Assembly (NCBI GenBank): GCA_051294905.1
Contig: CM119371.1
Span: forward strand, 14,324,001-14,388,000
Direction of reading: 5' to 3'
DNA length: 64,000 bases
Origin: Botryllus schlosseri
Lineage: Eukaryota
Part shown: in pieces, positions 12,819 to 26,189 of the stretch
Layout: the number at the start of each line of letters is the position of its first letter
Position numbering within the stretch: position 1 is the first letter of the stretch
Position numbers and translations under genes: made by a program
The notes under the pieces: generated by a model
Told to the model about the DNA's origin: nothing
Databases searched by the model: none
The model's input: only the letters and a program-made list of their open reading frames with translations

Positions 12819-15800
12819 ATGACATGGAGAAGTTGTGCCGTTACATCGTGTGATGTGTTCATAAAATTCCTTCTGAAATTGCACTAAGACGACAGTGGTT
12901 TAGTGCCATAGGAATCTCGTCGACCAAGATAGAGCAGAAAAATATATTTGTATGCAGTAAGCATTTCAAGAAAAGCGATTTTATTCGTCATCATAAAGGA
13001 AATAGCAAGCGTCGACGACTTAAAAAGGGTTGGTGGCAATCATCTCTAGCAAACTCTTGTGTATATTTATAAAATGTTCCTTTGTATTTATTGACAGAAG
13101 CTGTACCTTCGTTGGATCTTACAAAGAAGTTCTATAAAACCAAGAACGTAACAGATCACAAATTGACTATAGTTTTGAAGGAAGATCAATCTTTGGAGGA
13201 ATCTTGTCAAGTAAGGCTGCATTTCTTTTCCCTAAGACATGTTGGATTGACTTTTATTCCTCTCCGTTTAGTCATCTGACTCGGATTTTATGGGCTCAAC
13301 ATGTTCGAAATTGATTGGTGGGAACCCCACCAAGTCTAAGGTATTGGTGGGTAACTATATTTAAAGTTCCCTATATGCATTATATAACTTTTATCTTGAC
13401 AGACGGTTGCGAAAACAACAGCAATTGAAGAATCTCCAGTCACTAAAACTCCAGAATCTTGCAATGTAAGTCCTTGTTTTCAATTTCACATCACAATGAT
13501 TCCATAGGGATTTGCAACGTTTTTATTCAGTCATCGGGAGCCACGTACACTGATATTACAGATGTTTTCAAATTACTGGACACTAACTACATTTCGGAAC
13601 GTCGTTTTTATGAAATACAATCGCAATACATTTTGCCAACTATTGCGACCTACTATGAGGAACATATGGAGGATGTTTTACGGGACATGAAGGGTCAATG
13701 TAAACCAATTACACTGATGGGTGATGGGCGATCGGACTCACCTGGGTTTTCTGCAAAATATATGGTTTATTCATTTATGGAGGAGAAGACTGAGAAGATT
13801 GTCCACGTCGAATTGGTTCAAAAAACAGAGTGCTCCAGCAGTGTTGCAATGGAAAAAGTTGGTATGGAGCGTGCCTTGGATGCATTACTTGCTCAAGGTT
13901 TGCCGATTGAAACCGTTGTGACTGACCGGGCACCAAGCATCAGGAAATTGTTGAAGGATAAATATCCATCAATCAATCACCAGTTTGATGTGTGGCATGT
14001 CTGCAAAGGTAACTGAATACTGTTATTATTTGAATCTTCTTTTGCCTTACTAACCGTTTCTCAGGACTGAAAAAAAAGTTGGTGTCTCTGGGTAAGAAGA
14101 AAGGTATGGAAGACTTGCTACTATGGACAAGAAGCATCACTAATCACTTGTGGTGGTGCTGTCAGTATTGTGGTCAAGATAGCAGTGTAAGTCTACATAT
14201 CAACTATGTCTGACATCACAAATTAGGAACTTTTTATATAACAATATGCAATTGCAGGTGCTAAAAAGAAGATGGTTATCTCTTCTGCATCACATCACCG
14301 GCGAACATGAGTGGACAGTTGACGGGGAGACATATTCCTGCAGCCATGGCACTTTGACTGGGGATCAGTGCCTAAGAACTAGATGGTTGCAATGTGGATC
14401 TCCTAGTTTCAAACAGTGTTGGGATCAAGTCACTACCTTCGAGTCACGAGTCATTTCGAGTCATTGCACATTTTGACTCGAGTCAAGTCAAGTCAATCGA
14501 TTTTCGAAGGTGACTCGAGTCAAGTCAAGTCACTCGATTTTTGGAGGTGACTCGAGTCAAGTCGAGTCAAGTCAAGTCAAGCCACGAGTCAAGTCACAAT
14601 TCAAGTCAAATTGCCTTTTCGAATTATGAGGCATGATTACGTCATTGCATTTTGCTAGCTGTCTGATTAACAGATGGATGTGGTCATTGATTCTGAACCG
14701 ATGAACGTATATAAAGTTAAATATACACGCAATAAGGCACTGTATCGCTCACATAGGCATATACGTAGAACTGTTCAACTACGTAAGTAATTGCATAGCC
14801 TCAGTTTATAGTCACCAGCCAAACTTGAAAAACGAATTGATAAGATGCAATACATTACTCATTTACATGTTGATATGATACCATTCGAGCCTACACCAAT
14901 GGTTGAGGGGTATATGAAATATATTACAATTCAATTTCAATGAAACAAGAGGTTTGGTTAAGGTATAAGAACAGAAAACAGAAATGAATATTATGCTATT
15001 AAAATACCCCACTACTAGTTTTCGACAACCTAAGCTATACGCTTCAATTACTACGTGTGTGTGGTCATTTTATATATGTGAGACAATCGTGGCTCAGTGA
15101 AACACACGATCATTGACTGATTTGTCGCTCTCACGGGTTTCGCGAACAATCCGAACATATGGAAGATACAGTGATTTTTATCGACACCGATTACTTGATG
15201 ACTTGAAATTGACTCGTGAATTTTGCTCCGAGTCACGAGTCAATCCACATTTTTGATGCGCCGAGTCAAGTCAAGTCAAGTCATTTTTGCAAAGTGACTC
15301 GAGTCAAGTCAAGTCATACGAAAAAGGTGACTCGAGTCTGACTCGAGTCAAGTCATGACTCGAGTCATCCCAACACTGGTTTCAAAGCATTGAAATCTTT
15401 GATAGAAAACAAAAGTTTGATCCGGGATTTGGAGCAGATGACTCTGTTCAAACATACTGGTAATTTTTTGACTCATCACATCTGCACACCAGTTTTCGGA
15501 GCATGGTCAGATCATTACAATTCACACCTTACTTTTTTTAGGATCATTGGAAGTTTATCACAACGTCATATTGAAATTTGCACCTAAACGTCTTCATTTT
15601 ACTTATGACACGATGCTTGCACGAACCAAATTGGCTGTCCTGGACCACAATGAGAATGTTGGTAGATTTCAGGCGGTGACACGAGCAGGTTTGCTGTACA
15701 GATGAAATGTTTGCAAGTCAAGGTACTTAGTTACTTACTTTTTATTTGTTTAAGCAGGTGCTCCACGATACAAAAAATGTTACTCTCGGTCAGCAAAAGA

Positions 15801-15993
15801 GTGGATCTTGAAAAACATGTATGAAAAGAAGACGAACCACTACGCGAGAGAGCTTTTGAGGCGAACTACTGAGAATTGCACTGGCATCAACTTTCCCAGT
15901 AACATTTCAAGAAGTGTGCATCCAGTCAGCATTGCACCAGAACCAGCCCCCTCAAAAGAGGAATTACTTTCAAAACGTCGTTCTAGAACGTGA
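12819..15993 (+). pseudogene. Kolobok THAP-DDE transposase, multi-exon, disrupted
   Basis: THAP motifs MTWRSCAVTSC..P..RQW..VCSKHF..EAVP; DDE core GDGRSDSPG, VVTDR, DVWH, TGSLEVYH, LAVLDHNEN. Exons about 12819-13028, 13098-13210, 13272-13340, 13403-13465, ~13508-14008, 14065-14186, 14258-15459 (interrupted), 15542-15688, 15758-15993. Lesions: a frameshift near 12855, a phase mismatch or deletion at ~13466-13507, and a hAT insertion at 14414-15378. Confidence 0.88.
14414..15378. mobile_element. hAT-type MITE inserted in a Kolobok transposase exon
   Basis: TIR CAGTGTTGGGAT; perfect 8-bp TSD GTTTCAAA; subterminal GACTCGAGTC/AAGTC arrays. Removing it restores ...GSPSFK-ALKSLIENK. Related fragments at ~9150-9262, ~46835-47000 and ~49070-49233. 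Confidence 0.92.
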
Positions 15994-16271
15994 CTTACTA
16001 ATCCCTATCTTCAAGTTGAATGGAATGTGGTGCAGTGCTGCATAGCTAAATAGCTCAATTTCATTCTTCCACACTGCCTGACTGCAAAGTCCTCGGATGT
16101 TTCTTTTTTATTATTTATTTTATTAAATAACGAGTAAGCAAAGTAGTCTTGATGTATCAGGCACTGCAGGCATTCGTGGAATATAGAATGCAAACAGTTC
16201 CCAGTTCACTGTGTAATAATACAGCAACAGAACTGATTTCGACTTATATAGCATAGCCGCAGTGTTATCAA

Positions 16272-17215
16272 TCACAGTTCGTTTTCTATCGGCCATTTGA
16301 AACCGACATACAGTCCATCATCACTAGGGTACTTTTTCCTTATAGCAGTCACGATGCAGGCTGGCAAGGGCATCCTGTTTTTGCTACCCAAAACGTCGCT
16401 ATCAATAATCCATTCCAGTATGTGTCGATAAGACACCAAGCGATATTGTCTGCAATTGGAAAATATCAAAGTATATTGCAGCAATAAAAATAATGCTGAA
16501 AAGTAATAGCAGCATATATATGACAGTATAATGCTCCCAATTTATAAAGTGTAGGCATTTATATAAAAGCATGCGAGAAAATGTAAAGAATGCAGGAAAT
16601 TGCCGTTTGTATCCAGGAACCATGTCATAAGTCCCAAGACCCTGTCGCATACATATAGGTCCAATACTAAACAACACAAACAAAATGTTCTAGGACCCAC
16701 TTGTTAGAAAGCCTTCTGCCAGGACCATGTGGTTGATTGTTATTATTCCAATTTTTCCTGTTCACTTTGAAAAACGTTTCAAGAATGGAGGGATGTATAT
16801 GTACGAGAAAATCGTCATGTTCTGTTATGCAAGTCGACCCTCCATTCCCCAGAAGCTCCATTATTTGTTGTATTTCCCTGCAGCAGACGCGTTCATTCTG
16901 GTTTGTCATGGATGCACAGTTCAAGCAACTGCACCATTCATTGTTGTCAAGTGTCCGAAGTTGACTCTGGTTTTCTGACGATTCCTTTGACCAATACAAT
17001 GAGATTGATAAATTGCATTCAAGAAACACAGGTACAATACTTACAGAGACATGAGTTTGTGCTTCTTGAGTTGCAACAAGACGGGCGAATTCCTCCTCTG
17101 AATATTGTGGCTCGAATTGATACGGCAGGCTCTCACCAAATATCGTGATATCATCGAAATCTTCTACATCTGTATCTTCATCAGAAGTTAATTCATCAAC
17201 AAGATCTTCTTCCAT
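16272..17215 (-). CDS. KolX accessory protein, P2X7 cytoplasmic ballast-like Zn-binding domain; exons 17215-17045, 16984-16701, 16449-16272, 210 aa
   Basis: GT-AG introns in consistent phase give 633 nt open. Acidic N-terminus, then WCSCLNC...VCCREI...CITEH...QYRLVSYR..EW...RMPLPACIVTAIRKKYPSDDGLYVGFK. This matches the P2X7 C-terminal pattern WCxCxxC..CCR..CIT..YR..W..LPSC..IRKEFP..GxYxGFK recalled from memory. Confidence 0.85.
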
Positions 17216-17950
17216 ACCATTAATAATTTAAAAAAATTTTACGATATCTACGTGTCAAAGGAATTGCATGAAAGAACTGATGGAGACAGAAGATTCGTTT
17301 GTGAAACTGAGAACAACAATGTTACGACAAAAAATTCCACAACAATATTGGAACTTTGATGAGAATGAAATTTTCGTGTTGATTATCTATACATCTGTGT
17401 CTTGAACAAGTAAACTAGACCGTATCAAGACAGTTGTTATGCCATGGGTAAATGATGCAAAATATCATGTGTCTGTCTCTTCCGCAAGACCACTACTCCA
17501 AAGGTTGTGCACTGTGCAGTCAATAATACATCTTGAAAATGACAGCTGTATCTGCATCAATATACAACTGTAACGGCATCTCAGTATCATTCAACTGGCA
17601 AATACTATAGAGTCGTGACAAGCTCCAGACACAAATCCTCCTGACCTAACACCGTACGTTGAGCGCCGCCTTGGTGTGCAAGACATGAGTCATTCATAAC
17701 ATCGACTGACAACTATCTAAAGTTCGTCCTCTGCGTAATCGCGTCGAGCAAGTGCGACGATGAAGTCATCGTGCCATGTTACGGGTTAAGAGATTATCCG
17801 GAGCCGCGACTGCTGCAACTCTGGAAATTTCAATAAATTGCAGCTCCATTACGGTGGCGTTCTGAAGAAAACGGCTGCGGCCAAAATTTTTTTTTCGTTC
17901 TACTCTTCAATTTGAGACCACATCATTTTTTGAGCGCAGTGCCCCTTTAA

Positions 17951-18058
17951 GACTACTCCTAGTCGTTTCGGCTTCTTCCTATATCATTCATTGTATTGCA
18001 GTCTTGTGATATTTTGAAGTGATGAAATTTTATGAATAAACTTGAACTTGAACTTGAA
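17951..18058 (+). mobile_element. Probable LINE 3' tail interrupted by the Kolobok insertion
   Basis: Ends AATAAAC-(TTGAAC)n, a microsatellite tail typical of L2/CR1-type elements; likely continuous with 11336-11430. Confidence 0.4.
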
Positions 18059-21000
18059 TATTTGGAAAATTTGATTACAAACGGAATGAAATAAGGAATT
18101 TAAAATGATCTTTAGGCGACGTTAATATGAAACCAAATTTCTAGCGAGCATATGCTTTCGTACATACATTTGTACACTCATACTACGTTGTCGATATGTA
18201 CAGAGTAAAAGCATATGCTGTATCAAGATCAAATCCATTCTTACCTACTAATTACCATGCACGTCAGGATATCAGGTCTTTTGTACAATTATTAACCTAA
18301 TGATTATCTCTATCAACTAAGCTATATCAATGAAAGGAGTTGTATATAGTTGCAATGTAGCGAGAATATTTGCCTGCTTTTTGAGACATAAACCGTAGAG
18401 TTTGTTGTCCGGCTGATAAAAACTCGCCTAATGATTAAACTGAATTAGTCGTACTAAGGCATTCGTAAGGTCGCTGGTACTTATGGTAGCTTTCGTTTCG
18501 TTGCAATTATTATCGAATATCATATCAGTTTAAAATTGATGCCAACTCCAAAGCGCTGGTTTCTTCGCAACTTCTCTATTATATCAATGGCCTTAAAAAC
18601 GTAGCTTGCGAAAATTAAAAATAAGCGTATGATTCAGGGGTCCGTGAGCTTATTAATTTGCAACATGCAAGGATTCAATGACTAGAAAAAGTTTGGAAAC
18701 TATTGATGCACGCATAGCGCCAGATACAATCGCAATGGCAACAATGCTTTTTATTACAATATATCACGTTTCTTTTGACTGTGTGGCGTATTGCGATTGT
18801 TTCTTCGCAACCTTTCTACTATACAAATGGCCGTGAAATGTAGCTTACTGAAATTGAATATAAATTTATTTATATAGTGAGACTTGGGTCGCAAGCAACT
18901 CAGAAAACACAGATTGGGGTCGGGCTCTATAAAGTTCCCAATTACACTCCTTATACTCGAGCGGTTTTTTTCTAAAACTAATTCCCTCACTGCTTAGACA
19001 AAACTGTGGACAAGACCTCCACTTCGGATTTTCAAAAGTAGAAAGTAGCTTCGATATATGTTCGCATCAAATTTCTTAGTGAAATAGCCATAAGAACTGC
19101 GTAAAATAGACCTCATGTCACTTACAAAATATAGACTATGCATCCAGGATCGGGAACCTATTGCTCTCCTGCTGATAAAACATGGCTTTGTGGTAATTTT
19201 ATAGTTTTGTACATTATTCCGATCTCATTTAGGAATATTAACTAGAGCTCGTGATAAATTTTCATAACGACTGGCATAATTGTTCTGACGGTAAACGAGA
19301 CAAGTTTATGAGGTCAAAACAGTGATGTATCCTGCGAAGGGGTGGAGCTCAGAAACTTGAAATCTTGAAATGTATGCTAAAAATTGGCTGCCGATTATTG
19401 CTGGTTATTATCAATGCAATGTAATAATCTTTACGATTATAACGCAAATATGATACCTTCACGTTGTTTAATGGAATACATGCGACAAGCGTATTTCGTC
19501 AAGTTCGATAAAAAGTTTGCACAACGGCAAAAACAAAGTTAATTCTCTGTACCCACAATTGCACGCCTTGAAATCTTTGATTTTACAATGCGTTGATTAG
19601 ACAGAAAGAAAAGCAGACATGGCGATGCCTGTATGAGTAGCTAAGCTAAATTGTCCAATGCTCAATGCTCAATGCTTGTGCGGGCGTTTAGCATCATACT
19701 CACGTCCACGTATGAACAGAAATGTGGTGAATCATATGCAGTGAACTTCGGTTTGGTGCCGCCAAGACGTAATGAATCTTCAGTTGTGACGTAACCGTCA
19801 ATTTGAATCATTGTACGACTCGAAAAGACATGTTGCAAATTGAAACCAACCACCTCAGATTGACTGCTATCTCGACCAAATTCAACTTCGTATCAACTCA
19901 TTTGAATATTACATACATTTCATTTTTACATCCACTGGAAGTAGTTCTAGCATGTCTTTGAAAGCGCTATAGCTACCTCTACTTGTAATCCAGTCACGGC
20001 GGTAATTCTACTTATATTTGAGTATACCAGAGATGAACTCTTACGAAGTATTCCAGTTTTCATGCAGTGTGCAAGTAGGTTTTGCCTGCTACTTAATCAG
20101 ACAGTTATGATTCCAGGTTACTTTCAAAAATTGAAATCAACACAAAACGTAAAGTATGCAACCGTTTTCTGCAAGTATATAGGGCTAAAGAGAGACAATT
20201 TGAGGTTTTTGATCGTAATTAATTATGTTCATGATGAAATCCATGTGATTTTGTGGTAATGAGTCTGCTGAATCGTGGTAGCATTGTTTTGCCCAGATGA
20301 AGGTGCTACCGCCAAAAGTCGCTTACAGTCTTTTACGCCGAAGGCCATGGATTTAACCGCCTCCTCTAACTTGAATAGTATTCTTCTCTTCGACAATATC
20401 TAGAGGGCAAGCTTTTCAGAGTCGAACCAAGTACCATGTCGTGCTACCTTGCTCTTTGCCCGCTATGCCAACAACCTTGGGCTACTTTGGCTACTACGTC
20501 TAAAATGCGCCGCACGAAAACACCTGGTCATCCACAAAATAAGGTCCGAAAAAGCACTTCGTCAGCCCACCCATTCGAAAACGTCGGTCTTGGGCTCCCA
20601 CAGGGTGATAAAATAAACTTCTGAGGGGAGGGCTTCGACACCACGAACCTGCAGTTTGTTGGATGTCTTTACCAGTACTTCTGAGCACATTCATTCTACT
20701 CATCGTATGCAGAGAGTTTGTGTAACTTCATCACACGAAGATCGAAAATTTTGACTGAATCCATCAATAATATTGGTAATTGCATGTATCTTGCTATTAA
20801 TTTTTTATACTCTCAGAATTATCAGATTTTCCGGTAGAGTTGAGTGAGGTGTCGTCTTGGAAAATGGAGGGTACGTAATTATTAATTAAGCACATTCGGA
20901 TGGGCCTGTTGGAATAATTACTTCCTTGCATGTCATTATTTCGTGACCTACTGTCTGTTATATAGTAAGTAGTTATTGAAATCGCCCATGCGTACTAAAC

Positions 21001-24000
21001 TAAGAGACGCACACGATTTCAAATTGGTATTTCTTCACTGGCAAATAGTTTTTCTCTGAGGTATGGCATTTGTCCTGTGAGGTACTGATTACCAGGACAG
21101 CCATTTAGGTGCCTGTGTACAATATATATATGTGTCGAAGTTTTCAGTCAACAAAGGAAAGTTCTTTTCGGCCAAGTTTGCCAAGGTTTTCTCGCTGGTG
21201 AATTTTTGGCACACTTTTTGGAGTCCGATGTTGCATAAACTTCATTATGTGCTGACACGTCGCGGCGCGGTAATGGCTGACGTCGAAATGCATATTTTTA
21301 TAAATCATGCGCATAAAGATATTTAGTGACCCTAAAGCGAAGTGCGAAAAAAATCAAAAAAGTTGGATAGAGTTTCAAAGAAATACTCAATAATGTTCAT
21401 ACACGAAATAATTATGCGTACCCTTCAAGCTCAGCCTCGCATCTATTGAGGGATTTGGGTTGCGGCAGTTACGGTCATTCACAAACTGAATGAATCGAAA
21501 ACGATTGATCACGCAACCTATGAGGTTAGAGTTAAATCGAACATGTTTTCAGACCTAAGTCTGAAGTTATGATTCAGTTTAAAATTTGAGGTTTTATTTA
21601 TTTTATCAATGAACACGCCTTCAACATATAGCATCTAGAAATTAAGGTGTAAAATTGTAATATACCCGGCGGACCGGCTATGGTAAGTCGTCGCGGACTG
21701 GCGGTTGAGAACCACTGATATAGACGACCAGTCTTTGATTCTTTTGCCGCTCAAGAAATCAACTCCTAAATAGAAAATAATCCCGCAAATCATGGGTACA
21801 TTGTCTGCGCTTCAGCTTGTACCGTGTACACTTTTTGATTTGGCATATGCTCTGGTTACCATATTTTGGAATCCGGAAAGGAGGGCACTTTTTAAAAATC
21901 CTAAAAGTTAGTTTTAGCAAATTGAGAAAGCTGATTTTGAAATATTTAGTCGGAATCATGTTGTGATGACTAAAAAGATAGATCATCGCTTTGACTGTAG
22001 CAAAATTCACTGACGAGGACGCATGTAAGCGAGATAGATAGATAATGACTAGATGCGTGACAGGAAGTCGTCCGAAAAGAGTACCAAAGGCAACAACCAA
22101 TGAACACTACAACATTCATTATCATGGCGCGAATAACCTGATTAGGCGATAAGCACCAAAAATTGTTCAATAAAAACAAACAAGCCACATAATATTCCAT
22201 AACATGCAGAACATACATTATATTATTCTAGCTAGGTGGTCGCATAAAAGGTACATATTTTACCTTTTCACATCATTCATACTATCGTGACGTCATCAGG
22301 AGTGATACTTGAATGCTCGCCTCGACTCGAAGCCTAATAGCCAATTTAGAATCGGATCATTCGCGATTGCCCAGTCCTGGTTATGAGTCAGAGCAAAGAA
22401 ATTTCGACATACCTGCCGAATGTCACTCCCCTCATCAAAGCGAAGATGAAAACAGACCCAGAAGCATCAGAATAATCGATATCGATCCCAAAGCTTTAGT
22501 AACTGTCGTGAGCATGATTCGGGCCTGTTCGAAGCGAGACACCTCGCGGATAATTAAACCCGGACATATGAGTATGAGTAAATCGGCGATTCTTGTCATT
22601 AAGCGAGAATCTCCATTTTCAGTAGTCTTGTTATCAGAAGAATTATAAAGAAAACTCCATCGCATTTATGAATACACTTCCTACCAAATAACTTCTGATT
22701 AACTTCATGATCGGAAACTGGAATACAAATTTGCATTCCTCTATCACAGAGGTGGTCAGTAGCGAAGTATTTCTGCATTTTGGAAGTTCCAAGTAGGTTA
22801 TTTTGAGCCACTTATTGCTCAACTGTTTATGTTTTATATTACGTTCAAATGACTGTATTTCGGGCAAACCGCCTACTTTTTACACTATATGTTCCAGAAA
22901 GTAGAAAGTCGTATTGGGATATAAGCCACTTGCATTAGAAGTGAAATCATGTAAACTGGGCGGCAAAGCCTCCGTATCAAGATGGGTATACAATATACAT
23001 TCAAAAATTGAACCAATCTGTGGTTTCATTATTCAGTTTGAATTAGTAACGAAGTGTCTTCCTGCAATTTGGGAAATAACCTCCTCATATTGACTGCTAA
23101 AAGTATGAGACCCATAAACCAGATCTACCTTTTGAAACTACTCATTTTTGTGTATTCCAGATCTTCCTTTTCTACATCCACTTGAAGTAGTTATGAGATA
23201 TCTTTGAAATTACTTATATGTTAGTAGAAATTTACGGAAATACTTCCTACCTACCTAATTGTTAGAGGTTTATCTAGGCTCCTCTTCGCCGTCTCATCCG
23301 TGTATGGCTGTAAGCGGTGTCTGAAAAATGCCCCTAGAAGTTGACCGCAGAGGTGGTCAAAGTAGTCAAGAAATCTACTCAAGTAGGAGTAGAAGTAGCG
23401 ACGAAAAAAATCTACCCAAGTACGAGTAGAAGTACTTCTTCCATGAGCCACCTAAAACTACTTGAAGTAGAAGTAGAAATGACTGACTTTAAATCTACTC
23501 AAGTAAGTTAGTAGTTTTGAAAACAGTCTCATTTCGTTCGCATGGGCTGTCAAAGGCTGCAAATTGAGCTATGCGGAAGGTGCAGAGAACTTGATTCGTA
23601 TTGATGCATCCTAGAAGACAGTCTCAGAGATTCCTAGGAGGTCAAGACAGTAGACACCACACAACCTACAAATATGATTGGTGATTTTACCCCCGTCTTG
23701 ACCATCATTGATTGCTGCTTATTAGGCCTGATCAGGTATCAAATTGGGGGTTTTGTGGTGTATACGTCGTGTGCGGTGGCAGACGCAGGGCAAGTTGAGG
23801 TTCTCAATCGAAACCCGTCCTTCTGAAATGCCAATTCTAAATCAAATATGTATAAGCCTATATTTATGACTAAACAGTTGGTATCCCTTAGTGCGTTTCG
23901 ATCGAACAATATGATCGCATTTTCGAAGATGACACTATGAATTTTCGAACTGGTATCGGAAGACGAACAGCTGGATTTTCACCCTGATTTGAGATAAATA

Positions 24001-25000
24001 TTGATGATCTTTTCGTTTTGCGTGAAAAGGATGTTTTGATATCTTGACAGCTGTTCTTTAAAAACTCTGTTGATGTACAGTTCATTTTGTGCATCAGTAA
24101 CCTATAGTAATGCATTAGATGTGCAGTCACATGTGCTTTTTGGTATGTATTTGTTTTTATGACCCAGCGAAAATCTGAGGTTCCGCGAAGGCTTGCAGAT
24201 TACCGACAGTGTTCCGCAGGCTAATAAAGTTTAACAACCTTTTCTCTATTCAATGTTTTGTTTTCATATGTTAATTATTTCATGCATTCAATCATGCCAC
24301 TCTCTTGCCAATGATATTGTTTGATCAGAATTTTCTGACTGTCGCCTGTTTGAGGTGTGCTTGATTGATGATTCTGTCCTTCCTTCTTATCCACACAGTA
24401 GACATTGTTTTGCTGGTGACTGGAAACAACAATACGACACCGTTATAGTATTGGGATTAATCCGTTAATTAATTCGATCGCAAAAGCCTGGCGGTAAAAT
24501 ACGAAAACACAACGTGCTCGTAATATTATGCACACAGTTTTCAATAGTTGATAGTGGCTGTATATTATCGCACGATACAGGACAAGCACTTCCGGAAAAT
24601 ACGGGCTGACTCGTGGAACTCGTGAGTAAATGACAACAGCATCTGCAGTAAATCGCTATTTCATGACATCATCCGTTGAGGCACGGACACATTTGGTATA
24701 AATGTATAAAACTTGGTGAGTACTAGAGCCCATCAAACGCTGTCATAAACAAGCGACCACGGGAAAATCTCTTCAAAAATGAGACAGGGTATGATGCTCA
24801 GGATTGCTCACGAATTGCGACGCCAGAAATTTTCGCGGTGGGCTTTTGTGCGCATGGAAGCTGCGTTGCCTCGTTTGCGTAAAATCTGAAATGGGGCTCT
24901 GTAATATGCAGATGTCTTGCTTAAGACTTTTTGCCGGCAGGAAGACCGCAATGCAAATTTCAAATATAGTCAATTTAACTTGTGTATTTGGCTCGATAAT

Positions 25001-25317
25001 TAGGGTTACCATATTTTGGAAATCTGAAAAGAGTTCACTTTCTCAAAATTTTCAGACTTGCAATACCGGAGGAAAATCCTGAAAACATTGTAAATTTTTC
25101 GGTCGGTTGACTAAAAAAAGGTCATCTTTCCGGCTCAGCTCGTGAAATAGCCGCCGGAGCGTTATGTCAGTGCTGATTTTCTGTATTTCAGTCGAGTTTG
25201 GCCCTATATTTACCAAAATTCTCAAATAAAGAGGACAAAATCTCCAAAAAGAGGACACTTTCGAAAAGTCAAAAAAGAGGAAAAATCTTCTTAAAGAGGA
25301 CGGTACGGTAAGCCCTA
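25001..25317. mobile_element. hAT MITE (TAGGGTTACC family)
   Basis: TIR TAGGGTTACC/GGTAAGCCCTA; TSD TCGATAAT/ACGATAAT; AAAAGAGGAC repeats; same family as 55342-55712. Confidence 0.8.
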
Positions 25318-25438
25318 ACGATAATGCTTGTGCCATGAATAGTGTGGCGAGCCGCTGGTTAGCTACCACTGTACCTCAGGTACAACAAGTGTGACCGTCA
25401 GTTACAATAACAAAAAGGTTTGGCCTCCCGACCTACAG

Positions 25439-26189
25439 CAGTGGTTCCCTACCGGAGGTCCACGAAGCCTCTGGATTTGCAAAATGGTCAATAACCTGAT
25501 TTGCATTTCTTTAAATTAAGGTAATCACGAGGCAGTTTAGCTTCATCGCTGCTAAAACTTCAGGACTCACGTAAACATAGAATGGACGTTTTGTTGTGGT
25601 TTGTGGTAAAATATAAAAGTCGCAGTCGTGCAGGTCAATCAGGATGACTTCGAAATGTTTGCAAAACCCATATTCTCCTGTGACATGCATGGTCAGTATT
25701 CCGGAATAACTAATAATGAGGAGCTGCTTGATAGAAACGACTAGGCTGGACGATATATGTTCATCAAAAAATATGTTTTTCAATTTGTGTGTCATATGTT
25801 GCGATCATACTCAAACGTCTTCTCGGAAGCGTTACGCGATATTATTATATTCGCCATCACCTATATTGGCGGAAATGCGTTTTCGGCACTCGCTCATATC
25901 AAATCGAAGACGCGTATTTTCCAGACACAATCACTATCTTAAGAAATGCAGCTACACTGCTACTGAAATCGCTTTCGAACAAAAGTTTACCGAATTTCTA
26001 CATGAATAGTATGTTATTTTGAAGAGACATTTTGCTGCTACTTATCACTAGCCTGCAGTTAATATTTGCACAAGACAGATGACGGTTGCACGATAATTAA
26101 GCTAGACTTGCTCTAAAACTTTGGGGGTCCGCGGGGGTCCGTGATGGTTCTAAAGGGGTCTGCGAACACAAAAAGGTTGAGAACCACTG
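25439..26189. mobile_element. hAT MITE
   Basis: CAGTGGTTC...GAACCACTG ends; TSD ACCTACAG/ACCTAGAG. Confidence 0.7.

Larger units (their letters stand above)
11435..17946 (+). mobile_element. Kolobok-superfamily DNA transposon (two convergent genes)
   Basis: TTAA at 11431-11434 and 17947-17950; termini AGGGGCACTG...CAGTGCCCCT; TIRs appear identical for ~216 bp and stay similar to ~290 bp; encodes a THAP-DDE transposase (+) and KolX (-). Confidence 0.93.

Noticed and set aside
14440..14610. Regular GACTCGAGTCAAGTC repeats (and similar arrays at ~105-240) resembling a CRISPR array
   Set aside because: No unique spacers or cas genes; these are subterminal repeats of hAT elements in eukaryotic DNA.
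16272..17215. Host P2X7 receptor gene
   Set aside because: No transmembrane or ATP-binding ectodomain; it lies wholly within transposon TIRs.
11431..17950. piggyBac assignment because of the TTAA duplication
   Set aside because: Termini are AG...CT rather than CC...GG, and the THAP, GDGRxDSPG and KolX features indicate Kolobok.
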